A stretch of DNA of 64,000 nucleotides from Thermoplasmata archaeon (GCA_022750155.1 JAKIWG010000001.1:17138-81137), one strand, 5' to 3'. Counted from the first letter of the stretch, positions 19,371 to 29,398 are shown. Numbers and translations are program-made. Notes: a model not told the origin generated them from the sequence alone.

Positions 19371-20309
19371 TCAGAGTTTGCCCGTCACGAGTGCTTCGTC
19401 GAGCAAGTCGAGGAGCATCATCAGGCACCGATCGCAGAGACGTCCGGCATCAATCCCGAAGTACCCGCCGACGCGCTCGGTCTCCCTATCCCTGGACGCC
19501 CGCGAGAAGAACTCTAGCCGCTTGCGAGTCGGCCTCCATGTTCGGAGAGACCGCAGGGAGGCGAGTCGCAGTGCGAACGTGATCCTATCCTTCTCGGAGA
19601 GCTGCTCCGTGTGGAACTCGGGTGCGCGACGCCGGATGATCCGTTCCGCCAAGGCGACGTCCTTCATTTCGAGAACTAGATCGACAGTGGGTGACCGACG
19701 GACTTTGCTGCCGAGAATGTCGATCGCCGCGCGGAGGAGATCTCGGACCTCTTCCCGATAGACTAGGGCCAGTTGGGCCACGATCAGCAGCCCCACCCAC
19801 CACGAGCCTGCCCTCCGGTAGACTATCACAGTGTCCGGGGGGAGCCGCGCCTCCGGGAAGAGCGCCAGGAGTCGCTTCTGGAGCACCTCAGCTTCTTTGT
19901 CGCTGACATTCACCTCCACCCGAGGCGTGCTGCCCTCCTCGTACAGCCGCGCCCTAATCTCCCGGGCGTCGTGGAACAGCTCGTCCTCTCGACCTGCGTA
20001 GCGCTCGAAAACCTGCCGCGTGAGACGACTCGCGTGGGCGAGGCCGGCCTGGTCACCCTTCTTCAGCGTGAAGAAGTTCCCGAAGCGCTTCGAAATTGCC
20101 CCGGGAGACCGGCCAAGGAGATCCGCGAGCTCGATGACCCAGGGTCTCGTAGAGTCATAATCCTGGACTTGGGGAGGGCAGGCCGCGAGCGTCACGATCA
20201 ACTCGTAGTCCTCCCAGGGCTCGCCGTCCCTGCTGCCCCGCCCGAGCAGGGCTGCGAACCGATCCTCTCCCTGCCTCTTCAATCGCTTCACAGCCATCGG
20301 TTGATTCAC
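19371..20309 (-). CDS. hypothetical protein (upstream of the methyltransferase, same strand)
   Basis: 312-aa ORF with protein-like composition. No motif recognised. Confidence 0.55.
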   Translation of the reverse strand: MNQPMAVKRLKRQGEDRFAALLGRGSRDGEPWEDYELIVTLAACPPQVQDYDSTRPWVIELADLLGRSPGAISKRFGNFFTLKKGDQAGLAHASRLTRQVFERYAGREDELFHDAREIRARLYEEGSTPRVEVNVSDKEAEVLQKRLLALFPEARLPPDTVIVYRRAGSWWVGLLIVAQLALVYREEVRDLLRAAIDILGSKVRRSPTVDLVLEMKDVALAERIIRRRAPEFHTEQLSEKDRITFALRLASLRSLRTWRPTRKRLEFFSRASRDRETERVGGYFGIDAGRLCDRCLMMLLDLLDEALVTGKL

Positions 20310-20538
20310 TACCGATCCCGTGTTGGATGGCTGCTCGTTGCATCGGCCCCGACCCTCTGCCCGTCACGATAGTGGGCGGCGACGCGGGTCGACATCCGAC
20401 CGGGGGTCATCCTGTCCCGGCACAAAACTTCTGGGTACGTGGACGACGTTAACGTCCCGCTTCGCGCTCTTGTCCGAGTCGATGTACGCAGCGCGCGGGA
20501 GGCCGGCCCCTCAGCCAGCTCGCGCATTCGTTAAGCGG

Positions 20539-20908
20539 ATGGCGACCCTGGCGTCAACCCGCAGGACCCGCGGCGGAGAGGTGAACGGCAACGGTTTCGC
20601 GCGAGATCACGATCGAGCTTGCCGTACCGCCCGATGAAGCACTCGACATCTGCGCCCGGGCCCTCGATTCACCCGAGCTCAAGATCCAGCGGAAGACCAC
20701 AAACCCCGCGACCTACACTGCTGAGGGGGTGACAGGCGGGTCGTTCGCCTCCTGGAGCGAGGAGATCAAGCTCCGCGTCTCGCCGGGCACCCGACCTTCC
20801 TCATCGAGGGTCACTATCCGCTCGGAGTCCTGGCAGATATTCGACTGGGGCAAGAATCAGGCCAACGTCGAACACCTCCGGAGGCGGATCCAGGAGCTGG
20901 CGGGCTGA
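20539..20908 (+). pseudogene. possible frameshifted small ORF
   Basis: ATG at 20539 (MATLASTRRTRGGEVNGNGFAR) runs into a stop at 20637. The +1 frame, open from 20585 to 20908, encodes a protein-like sequence (EITIELAVPPDEALDICARALDSPELKIQRK...FDWGKNQANVEHLRRRIQELAG) with no canonical start before an internal GTG. Confidence 0.3.
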
Positions 20909-20912
20909 GGAG

Positions 20913-21227
20913 ATGCGACTCTACGTCAACTGCCAGGGGGGACCTCACAGACTCTACTTCATCTGGGTGGCACAGACCCGGGCCGACCTCCCGAACCCGA
21001 TTAACGTCACATGCAACCTCGACGGGACGGCCGCCGACTACCACCCCTGGGAGGTCTACGCGGAGGCCCAGGCGGGTGGCACGGCCGGCGGGGCGATCCT
21101 CGGCGGGCTTCTCGGAATCCTCGCCGGACCAGTGGGGGTCGTGCTAGGGGGAATCGCCGGCGGAGCCATTGGCGGAGGTGCCGAGCGACAGGACGCCGAG
21201 AACGCGCGGAGGTTCAATGGCAGCTAG
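20913..21227 (+). CDS. small glycine-zipper membrane protein
   Basis: 104 aa. C-terminal GGAILGGLLGILAGPVGVVLGGIAGGAIGGG glycine-zipper TM segment. Confidence 0.55.
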   Translation: MRLYVNCQGGPHRLYFIWVAQTRADLPNPINVTCNLDGTAADYHPWEVYAEAQAGGTAGGAILGGLLGILAGPVGVVLGGIAGGAIGGGAERQDAENARRFNGS

Positions 21228-21750
21228 CTCGGCCACGCCGGCCCCGGCTCCGCCTCTCCCGGTGTCGATTCTCGGTCGCGCGGGGTCGAAGTACCCGCTT
21301 AGCCAGATCGGAGTCGGCCTCGCGGTGGCGGTGATCGCCGCGGCGGCGTACCTGGGCCACGACCAACTCGGCGCGGCGGTTCCTTGGGTAGTGGGGCTGC
21401 TCGTCCCTGCGCTTGCGATTGGGTTGATCGCGATCTGGTCCACGATCATGATCTTTCATGGACCTCCGGACCACCTCAAGAGCATCCCGTACATCGGGCT
21501 GCCGGGCGCGATTTTCGTGTTCGCCCTCGAGGGAGTCGGACTCTACATCCTCGGCTGGGCCGGCCTCATCGAAGCGCTCTCCTCGCAGTCCGGCGGTCTC
21601 GCAGGTGTTCCTCCCCCCGAGTCGTGGGCGGTGCCGGCGGCCTCCGGGGGCTCGTGGTTCGCGATTAGCGTCGTGGTCATAGTGTACTATGCGCGCGTCA
21701 ACCTCTACGACCCGTGGCTCGTGCGGCGGGGGAGCAGCGGGTCGCCATAG
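21217..21750 (+). CDS. hypothetical polytopic membrane protein
   Basis: Start set at ATG 21217 (MAASSATPAP...), overlapping the previous gene by 11 nt. About 4 hydrophobic helices. Confidence 0.55.
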   Translation: MAASSATPAPAPPLPVSILGRAGSKYPLSQIGVGLAVAVIAAAAYLGHDQLGAAVPWVVGLLVPALAIGLIAIWSTIMIFHGPPDHLKSIPYIGLPGAIFVFALEGVGLYILGWAGLIEALSSQSGGLAGVPPPESWAVPAASGGSWFAISVVVIVYYARVNLYDPWLVRRGSSGSP

Positions 21751-21762
21751 TAACGGAGAGCG

Positions 21763-22386
21763 ATGGCGGACGTGGAAGTGGCCGTCGCAGGATGGGACCC
21801 GGACTCGGCCGCTCGGCTCCTCGAATATTTCGAGGAGGAGTTGGCCCGCAGAAGGGGCGAGGGAACCGAGCCGCTGCTCAGGGTAGCGATTCGGCTCTTC
21901 CGCCAGAGCATCCGGGCGTACATTGGAAAGGCGGTGGACCTCGCGGCCATGGGCTGCCGAGCCACGATAGAGAACGCTGGGTACGCCGTGTTGACCCACC
22001 GGCGGACCGGGCCCAGCGGTCGGAGCAAAATCCCACCGGGGGACCCCGACCGGCCGTCGTTGTACACCCTGGACGAGTGGGAGGGGGTGGTGGCTTTCGG
22101 CTGGATCATTCGAGAGCTCAGGGACCGCAAGGTTCTGGACAGCGCGCTGGTAGAGGCATCGTTCGTTGTCAAGGACCACGGCGACGGCGTAGCTCACTTC
22201 GAGGCACGGAGCGATCGCACTATGTTTCGTGAGTTCGCGAAACAGCACACGGCCCCCTGGGTCGCCCCCTCCGTCGCTGGAGACGAGGCTGGGATCCTCA
22301 TCGACCTAGGGACAACCGCTCGAGTTTTGTTAGACCTAGTCTCGTGGGACATAGCTGAGGGTCGGCGGATGACCCCGCAGCCTTGA
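21763..22386 (+). CDS. hypothetical protein
   Basis: 207-aa ORF with protein-like composition, 12 nt after the membrane protein. No family recognised. Confidence 0.5.
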   Translation: MADVEVAVAGWDPDSAARLLEYFEEELARRRGEGTEPLLRVAIRLFRQSIRAYIGKAVDLAAMGCRATIENAGYAVLTHRRTGPSGRSKIPPGDPDRPSLYTLDEWEGVVAFGWIIRELRDRKVLDSALVEASFVVKDHGDGVAHFEARSDRTMFREFAKQHTAPWVAPSVAGDEAGILIDLGTTARVLLDLVSWDIAEGRRMTPQP

Positions 22387-22410
22387 CCTTCTGTGGGATT
22401 CGGTCGCCCA

Positions 22411-22980
22411 TCACGGGGGTGTAGACGAGATGGAGCGCTTCGTCGCCTCGGCTCGACAGAACTGTCGCAGGTGGTCGCTGAACCCTTCCGCGAACGGGTT
22501 TGCCGTAAGATAGAGCTCGTAAATGTCGCGCGCCGTCTTGTCGAGTACGAAAGCCCCGTAATTTCCATGCACCATTCGGTTCCGGTCGTTCCCTATGTCC
22601 AGAAACGCCTGGATGGCCTGACCAAGCTGGGGGTTGGCTTTAATCCGAGTCCGCATGTAGCCGGCGAACTCCGCGCCGAAGAGACCAAAAAACTTGGAGG
22701 CGTTGTTGCCGTCCCAATCAAAGTAGGTGTGGAACTGGCGATTGACACCCTTGTTTCGTACGAAGCTGACCAAGGCACTGGAACTGTTAGACAGCTCGGA
22801 ACTCACTGCGAGAATGCCTTCGGTGATCAGGAACTCGAACCAGCTTGCCGCGGAAAGTAGGAGGGCCTTACTGTAGAGATCCTCAACGCTGCTTCGCAAG
22901 GAAATCTGCGTCACGTCCCCCAAGGCTTGGACGGCGGATTGAAGGTCCGCATAGACACGGTCCACAGGTGTACCGGCCAC
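22411..22980 (-). CDS. HEPN-domain protein (RiboL-PSP/Abi-like), putative RNase
   Basis: 189 aa, all-helical composition. C-terminal R-N-x-x-x-H motif in DIGNDRNRMVHGNYG (HEPN Rx4-6H signature). 11 nt downstream of the DUF262 gene. Confidence 0.6.
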   Translation of the reverse strand: MAGTPVDRVYADLQSAVQALGDVTQISLRSSVEDLYSKALLLSAASWFEFLITEGILAVSSELSNSSSALVSFVRNKGVNRQFHTYFDWDGNNASKFFGLFGAEFAGYMRTRIKANPQLGQAIQAFLDIGNDRNRMVHGNYGAFVLDKTARDIYELYLTANPFAEGFSDHLRQFCRAEATKRSISSTPP

Positions 22981-22991
22981 GGGAAGCCTCC

Positions 22992-24185
22992 TCAGCCGAG
23001 CATGATCCTCTCCGCAAGCTCGAGTCGCTTCCTCACGTTAATCAAGGAGGTTGTGCCACCGTAGGAGGCCGCGCTGAATTCGTTATCGCGCAGGAGCCGC
23101 CCGACCCGAGCCGGGTCGATCTTCGCGACCTCTGTATTCTGTGACGCGAATGCGCTCTTGCACAACACGGCGAAGCATGCCTCGAAGAGGCCGATCCCGA
23201 ACCGATGGGTTTCCGGATTGAAGAAGACGTCCTCCGGTAAAGACTTCGTTCTCGCAAGGAATGCTTCAAACAACCGCTTCAGGTACTCATTCTTCTCCGG
23301 CGTGTTCACTCCGGATTTCTTGGAGAAGCTGTTTAGAAACCTAATCATGGAAGGCTTGTAATTCTCTCCGTCAATCAAGACTGCGAAAGCTCGAAGGAGG
23401 ATCTCCACGTCCTTCAAGTGAAGATCGGGGCTGGTGCTGCCCAGCAGTCGTCTCCACCTAGGCTCCAGATTGAGCCGAGAGAGTGTTTCGTAAAACGCCG
23501 ACTGGAACATGCAGGTACGAATCTCCTGCGGGGTGAGGTTCACGCCGCCAGTGTTCAATCGACTGAAGATCTCGTAAATGGCGGAATCGTCACGCGACTC
23601 CTTGTTCTGCCTAATTATTACGACCCTGACGGGGCGTAACTTGAATTGATTTTGATACTGGTCCAAGGTGGCATAGGTTAGCCCCTGGAACCGGCTCTCA
23701 GTGACCTGGAAGCGGGTTGGAAGCTTGAGCTTGAAGTCAGCGAAGTAGTCATCATCGTCGAGAATCTTCTGGGGAATCTTTGACTTCTCCTCAAAGATAT
23801 CCCGCAGCTCGACTCGCTTCTCCTTGAGCGGAAACCTCCCCTTCATGAAGTAGTAGATTGACATGAGTCGTTGCTGACCGTCGATAACCTGGAAGACGTT
23901 TCGAGCCTTCTCGAAGAGGAAGACCTGCGGTACAGGCAGGCCAAGGATCAGAGACTCGATGAGCTTGGATGCGCGAGGCTGATCCCAGATGAAGTTGCGC
24001 TGAAACGCAGGGATCGTAACCGCCCCCGATTCGATGAAATCGAATATGGTCCCGATGTTGAAGTCGTTCGGAGAAGACGTCAGATCGAACTCGTCGATGT
24101 CGAACCCTTCCTCATCCTCCGCGTAGTCCTCAAACCACGGGGTCGGGACTTCCGGTGTCGATGGTCCTTTCGTCGGATTCGCCAT
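22992..24185 (-). CDS. DUF262 (ParB-like nuclease/NTPase, GmrSD N-terminal-type) protein
   Basis: IPAFQRNFIWDQPRASKLIESLILGLPVPQVFLF...VIDGQQRLMSIYYF is the DUF262 signature. Start set at ATG 24185 (MANPTKG); the track ORF extends to 24287. No DUF1524/HNH motif seen in the C-terminus. Confidence 0.85.
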   Translation of the reverse strand: MANPTKGPSTPEVPTPWFEDYAEDEEGFDIDEFDLTSSPNDFNIGTIFDFIESGAVTIPAFQRNFIWDQPRASKLIESLILGLPVPQVFLFEKARNVFQVIDGQQRLMSIYYFMKGRFPLKEKRVELRDIFEEKSKIPQKILDDDDYFADFKLKLPTRFQVTESRFQGLTYATLDQYQNQFKLRPVRVVIIRQNKESRDDSAIYEIFSRLNTGGVNLTPQEIRTCMFQSAFYETLSRLNLEPRWRRLLGSTSPDLHLKDVEILLRAFAVLIDGENYKPSMIRFLNSFSKKSGVNTPEKNEYLKRLFEAFLARTKSLPEDVFFNPETHRFGIGLFEACFAVLCKSAFASQNTEVAKIDPARVGRLLRDNEFSAASYGGTTSLINVRKRLELAERIMLG

Positions 24186-24810
24186 GGTGGTTCTGAGCTG
24201 GCATCCCGTCCCAGAATATAATCCGGGGGGCAGAGGGCCGTCGAGCCGCGGGATTACGCGCTCTTCCACCTCAGCTCGCGGGCCCATCGGTCAGAGCAGA
24301 GACTACTGATCGAAATTGACGCATGAGTCCATCGTCCGCATAGATCATCGCCGGCGGGGCGACTATGGGTCGAACGGCATGCGACGAAATCGGAACACCG
24401 CGACGGGGAGTGCAGGGATTGGATCATTCGGTGCTTGGCCGCTTTACCTCACTAAAGTGTCCCTGGACTCGTTGACCTAGGTGACGCCGCTTCCTCCCGC
24501 CGCACGAGTCGACTGCTGGCCGGGCCATCGGCGTCAACCAACTGACCGACGGGGCCTACAACACCCCGGCGTGCCAATGGTTCCCTGAGTGTGGAAGGCC
24601 ACGTCCTGGAAGCGGGAACGGTCCCGAGGAGCCGGCCGTCAAGTCAGCACTTCCGGCACACCACCAAGGGTCCCCTCATACGGCACGAGGGTGACCGAAA
24701 GGGCCTACTTCGGTCTCGGCCCCCCTCAGGTATTCCCGCTCGAGTGGCCTCCGCGTTGGGGAGGGGGAGTTCGTTCCCACTGGTTCATCTCCAGTGCAGG
24801 GAAACCATCG

Positions 24811-24821
24811 GGATTCGAACC
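24811..24821 (-). repeat. tRNA T-arm-like motif (reads GGTTCGAATCC on the minus strand), site 1
   Basis: Exact GGATTCGAACC on the plus strand inside a 760-bp ORF-poor gap. No complete cloverleaf could be built. Confidence 0.4.
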
Positions 24822-25049
24822 AACGGAGGATTCCCTGCGCAGGAAACCCACTACCGGATCGGTCTCCGACTGAGCACGCTGCCCCGGTCGGGGGACTCGA
24901 CATCCCGACTATCGGGCACTTCGTGGGACTCTCGATGATTCTCGGCGTCGTCCAACTCGTGTTTCCGGACGGCGCCGCTCGGCCCTCAACCACGCCCCGT
25001 CGAGCGTCAGGGCGACACGCTGATCCAGCCAAGCAATCGCTCGCTCGGT

Positions 25050-25340
25050 TCACGAGAACGGGTGGTCGACCACATACCCGTGTACGTCCGCCCGAGCCTT
25101 TCTCACCCAGTACCCGACGAACGCGGACAGGTTCCCACAGGCGGTCGAAGAGCTGCCCGCCTGGTAGCCGTTCAGCAGGTCGCGAACGGCATCAGGATGG
25201 GCTCGGTGGGACAGGGCGAGAATCTGGCCAGTGGCATCGCGACCGGCCAGCAGCTCATTGTACTGCACAATCGAGCCGATGTCCGCGATGACTACCTTCT
25301 TCGCCTCCTGGAAGGCTCGTTCGGCCGAGTACTCGGCCAT
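25050..25340 (-). CDS. hypothetical small protein
   Basis: 96-aa ORF (MAEYSAERAFQEAKKVVIADIGSIVQYNELL...) with protein-like composition. Confidence 0.45.
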   Translation of the reverse strand: MAEYSAERAFQEAKKVVIADIGSIVQYNELLAGRDATGQILALSHRAHPDAVRDLLNGYQAGSSSTACGNLSAFVGYWVRKARADVHGYVVDHPFS

Positions 25341-25707
25341 GTTCCTCGACTAATCGAGAAACGATAGATAAGGTCGACCCCCATCTCAATCAGCCGACGG
25401 GGGTCCTAGCCGTTGGCCGAGACGACGCGCGGCGCACGACGACCGGAACCTGCGGTCAAGGAATCCATACTGGGGGCGACCGATCCCTCATTGGCCCGAG
25501 GGGCGTCCACCGAAGGGCCTCCGGCTGGGAACGGCCTGGTCGGACAGTCCCTAATCCATAGGGAAGATCGCCCCGCCACGGAACGGGGCTCCACCTTTGC
25601 GGACGCGCTCCTCTTCGAACGAACCGGATTAGCCGCCGCATACCGGGCGATAGTTCACCGTGCCCGCGAACTCAGGTCCGTATCGGAGGGGGGCAAGGAG
25701 CGTAAGG

Positions 25708-26757
25708 ATGAGTCCATCGAAGAATAGCGCGAAAGCTGCGAGGGCAGTTGGAAGCGGGTTGGATCGAGCTTCGAAGCCGGCTATGAAGCGATCTATGACT
25801 CCAAGGGGTGACCCGATGCCAGAGGGCGCCTCCGTCCCGGTGTCTCCGGAGGCGCCGCAGACCACCCCCTGGAGGCCAGGTGACCGGCGTGAGCCTTCGC
25901 CGCAAGACCGAGCGATGGTGCAACGCCGCCATCCGGACATCCTACGCTGGCATGGCGAGGGTTTGTCCAACTCCAAAATCGCTCAACGACTACGTGTTCG
26001 AGTCAGAGCGGTCGACGATGCGCTGGAACGGCATCGTCAGGAACGTTCACAGAAAACCGCCCTCGCGGTTGTCCCTCCGGAGCCGACGCTTCCGGTCGAT
26101 TTCATTCCGAGTGTGGGGGGTCCCTTTGTCCCCCGGTTCCAGGAGGCCCCACCGATCCGGGTGGACCAATTTGCCGAATTGATCAGGCGCTACTCAGATG
26201 CCAACCGGCTCCGGACTGCGGAAGACCAATTCCAAGACCCTTGGGAGTTCGTGCGGTCCGAACTCGAACGTCTCGACGAGGTTGCCGAACAGCGCGAAGA
26301 TCTGCGGCTTGAACTCGGAGAAGCTGGAAGACGGCTCGCGCAGGCTCTGCAACAGATTGCTGGCCTAGACCGGAGTGTACGACAATGGGCCGCCGCCTAC
26401 GGCGCCATGGAAGCGGAGAGCAAGCAGCTGATGGAACGGAGCCGTCAGCAGTACGCGAGTCATCTAGATTGGCTGGAATCTGGCTGGCAAAAACATTCGC
26501 GACGGATGGCCTCCCAACTGGCCGAGAAGGAGGCGGCCCTCAGGGACGTCCATGCGCAACTCAGCTCGGAGAAGTCAGAAAGGGCTAGGATCGAACGACT
26601 CTTCCTGCTTCTCTTTGATGAGCGGGACCGCCTCATGAAAGAGTGCCGTTCCAGGCACAAGGAGCTTCTCGACGCCTACGATTTAATGGACGACCTGTTG
26701 AATCAAATCGAGAGTCCGGTATCGGGAGCATCACCATCGTCCGAGGGTTCTAACTGA
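25708..26757 (+). CDS. HTH + long coiled-coil protein
   Basis: LuxR/sigma-r4-like HTH (GLSNSKIAQRLRVRVRAVDDAL) followed by about 200 aa of heptad-like E/R/L/Q-rich sequence. The start is uncertain (the track ORF begins at 25660). Confidence 0.55.
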   Translation: MSPSKNSAKAARAVGSGLDRASKPAMKRSMTPRGDPMPEGASVPVSPEAPQTTPWRPGDRREPSPQDRAMVQRRHPDILRWHGEGLSNSKIAQRLRVRVRAVDDALERHRQERSQKTALAVVPPEPTLPVDFIPSVGGPFVPRFQEAPPIRVDQFAELIRRYSDANRLRTAEDQFQDPWEFVRSELERLDEVAEQREDLRLELGEAGRRLAQALQQIAGLDRSVRQWAAAYGAMEAESKQLMERSRQQYASHLDWLESGWQKHSRRMASQLAEKEAALRDVHAQLSSEKSERARIERLFLLLFDERDRLMKECRSRHKELLDAYDLMDDLLNQIESPVSGASPSSEGSN

Positions 26758-26996
26758 CTTGTAGCAGCCGACCCAAGGGGTCAGGACCCGATTCGAAGCC
26801 TTTGACGGACCCCCAACTGATTCCGCGAGTACGGGCGCGAACCTTATCCCCATCTCGAATCTGAACTTCCGGCGAATACCCGGTCAGGGCACTGATTGGT
26901 GGCACCCAGCACCTGAGCCGTGCTGCGTGGGTCTCGTTTCGGCCCGTCCAGATCCGACTCAGGGTCATGCGACGTTTCAATGAGTTCGAGCCGAAG

Positions 26997-27638
26997 CTAC
27001 CTGGCATCGATCCTCTTCAGGACCACGCCAGTCTCCAGCGGGATTCGGGCCCTCACCCACGCTGCGTAGTCAGCCAGGTTTTCGAGGTTGCACGTCTCTC
27101 CCGCGACTCGAACGTCCATGGTGTACAAGTTGACGTAACGAAATGCGTCTTTAGTCATCGACAGGTCTTCCTCCTCAAGAGGGCAGCAAGCGATGCACCA
27201 CCCAAGGGGGATAGCTTCGAGGACAGTCGGTACCCAATCGTCGAGGCGTTCATCCACATGCTCGAACGCGTTTCTTACTGCCCTCTGATAGATTGGCGGC
27301 TCTCCCCGAATTCCTAGGTGCTGCCGAAGCGCCTTGCCCCTGAGTTTGGTGCGTTCACGGGAGGTTGCGTCTCGCCCGGGGCTTGGGTTCGGCCAGAGGA
27401 GGTGTGAAATCGCTGAACTGGCCGAGAGTACGGCCTGAACTCTTGACCACGTCATTCGATTCCAGTCTCTGCGTCCATCATCTGAAGCGGGGGGGACCCT
27501 CTTCGCGAACCGCTCCAACTCTGCGAAGGCAAGCATGCAGAGGTGACATTGTTCAGTCAACTCGACGAGAAGGACCTCAAGGTGGCGGATGAATTGCCTG
27601 AGGGACTGCTTAGTGGCCAGCGACGAGTCGGAGGTCAT
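26997..27638 (-). CDS. hypothetical protein with HEPN-like RNxxxH motif
   Basis: 213 aa, helical N-terminal half, motif AVRNAFEHVDERL. Assignment is tentative. Confidence 0.5.
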   Translation of the reverse strand: MTSDSSLATKQSLRQFIRHLEVLLVELTEQCHLCMLAFAELERFAKRVPPASDDGRRDWNRMTWSRVQAVLSASSAISHLLWPNPSPGRDATSRERTKLRGKALRQHLGIRGEPPIYQRAVRNAFEHVDERLDDWVPTVLEAIPLGWCIACCPLEEEDLSMTKDAFRYVNLYTMDVRVAGETCNLENLADYAAWVRARIPLETGVVLKRIDAR

Positions 27639-27928
27639 CTTGCCTTGGCAGCACGAATGTAGTTGAAGAGAGTTGCAGGTGCGGACAGACCCTACTCTCC
27701 CCGTGATGCAACCGGGATGCGAGTTGTAGGGGTCCTCTCACGCAGTATGAATCGCTCGGGCTTCCGCTCGACGGATCCGGATCGTTTCACAGTCTCGACC
27801 ATTCAGCGAAACGCTGCCCACCTCGCCTCGGATTCGGATAGGGAGGTCGAACAGGCTGCAGCCGGGTCGCGAATCAGCAGCAGGCGCCGGAGTTATAGTT
27901 TCAGAGCCATGCGCTGAGGAGGCCACCG

Positions 27929-28873
27929 GTGCGCCTCTTCAAATTTCGACTACGGCCTCTCGGGCAGGGTAGCATACCGGCGAGCCACCTCGAGAGGATC
28001 TTCAGTTTCCCGAGAGCGCCGACTGCTTACGACCCGTCGATTGAGCCCGGGGCAATATTCGTAACCCCCGACGGCCAGCTCGACGCGAGACATGCGAGTG
28101 CCGAGCTATCGATCACCTACGATCCCGGATACCGCTACACGGTGGACGACAGCCAGGTCTTCAAGGAGGGCCTCGTCCCAAAGGATAACCTTGGGAACGC
28201 CCTCCCCAACTTGGACGTCCCCACGACTGCAATCCCAAGGGTCTGGCCCGCCTTCGGCCTGCCCGGCGGTCGACGAGAACTCTTGCTGGTATCCCATGGA
28301 CCTGGATTCTCTGCGACTACGGTAGCCAACTCGGAGGTCGCACTAACCGGCGGTGCTGCTTCTCTTTGGTATCAGGACGACGTCGTCACCGAAGCCGGTT
28401 CGGCGATCGGCGTCTCTGAAGAACTGGCGGCTGGCATCGCCGATGGCGTTCGCGGAGGAGTGCTCGCCGACTATGCCCGACCACCAAGTGGTGACGGGCC
28501 GTTGACTGTTCTAGTTAGGGATGGCACCGCGGTGTTGGCGGTAGCGCTTCGGAACCGGGCGAACTCCGAACGCTTCGCGTCGCTATCATCCGCCTTCGTT
28601 CAGGGGACTAAGCCGAAGTCACCTGTCGCCCTGCCGAACTTCGGGCTGCTTTCAGTCCGCTTTTGGGTAGCCCTATGGCAAGACATCGGACAGTCGCGCT
28701 GGCTCCTGAACGATGCCATCGAACCCTTGGGGTTCGATTGCCCGTGCTGCCTCGGCGCGGCGAATCCGAGGGAGATTGCGGCCCAAGCAAGCAGAGTTCT
28801 GCTGAGTAGGGCCCTGGAAGTATCGGACTCGGCATTCCTCTCGAGGGCCACGCAGCACGACCTCCCCCCCTGA
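27929..28873 (+). CDS. hypothetical protein
   Basis: 314-aa ORF with protein-like composition. No family recognised. Confidence 0.5.
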   Translation: MRLFKFRLRPLGQGSIPASHLERIFSFPRAPTAYDPSIEPGAIFVTPDGQLDARHASAELSITYDPGYRYTVDDSQVFKEGLVPKDNLGNALPNLDVPTTAIPRVWPAFGLPGGRRELLLVSHGPGFSATTVANSEVALTGGAASLWYQDDVVTEAGSAIGVSEELAAGIADGVRGGVLADYARPPSGDGPLTVLVRDGTAVLAVALRNRANSERFASLSSAFVQGTKPKSPVALPNFGLLSVRFWVALWQDIGQSRWLLNDAIEPLGFDCPCCLGAANPREIAAQASRVLLSRALEVSDSAFLSRATQHDLPP

Positions 28874-29398
28874 CCCCCTGGGCAGGCGTGGACTCGGATT
28901 CGAGAATTGCTCACTCGGGGAGCTCGAGTTGGCGAAGCTTGAACGATCTCCCCGGATTGGAACCTACTTGCGATGCGCCCTTCCAGCAGTCCCACGCCCT
29001 CCATAGGGTGGTCGCGGGAGCGCGCCCGGGGCCCCCGGGACTGGCCCAAAGGTCGGAATTCAACCCCGGGGGACCATCCGTGGGGGAAAGCGCCTTAGCG
29101 AGCCCTGCTGGGCCACATTCGGGCCCCCAGGGCAAGATTGCAGCTGGTTCAAGCGGGGAGCATGCGCATGGGAGACCTGGGCCCTCCTTGGGTAGGCGAG
29201 ACTGGCCGGGCCCGGTCGGAACGCTTCCAAGTCTAACGACACGAGGCTGTCCAATACACCGCGGGACCTACGCGGGTCACGGCCGCGGTCCGGACCCCGA
29301 GAATGGAGATCACCCGTTACGAGGAGCCCAGCGCCAAGGCTAGCCCCCGTGGCCGATTCCAGGGAACCCCGGCTCAGGCTCAGCGATGACCCACCTAG

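Noticed and set aside
21214-22248. 344-aa minus ORF opposite genes 21217..22386
   Set aside because: R/P/G-rich shadow of two plus-strand genes that have sensible TM and soluble composition.
24780-24900. Complete tRNA genes (or multi-intron/split tRNAs) at the GGATTCGAACC sites
   Set aside because: At every site the 5' strand of the T stem fails to pair, and the acceptor and D arms are absent. They are reported only as tRNA-like motifs pending covariance-model searches.
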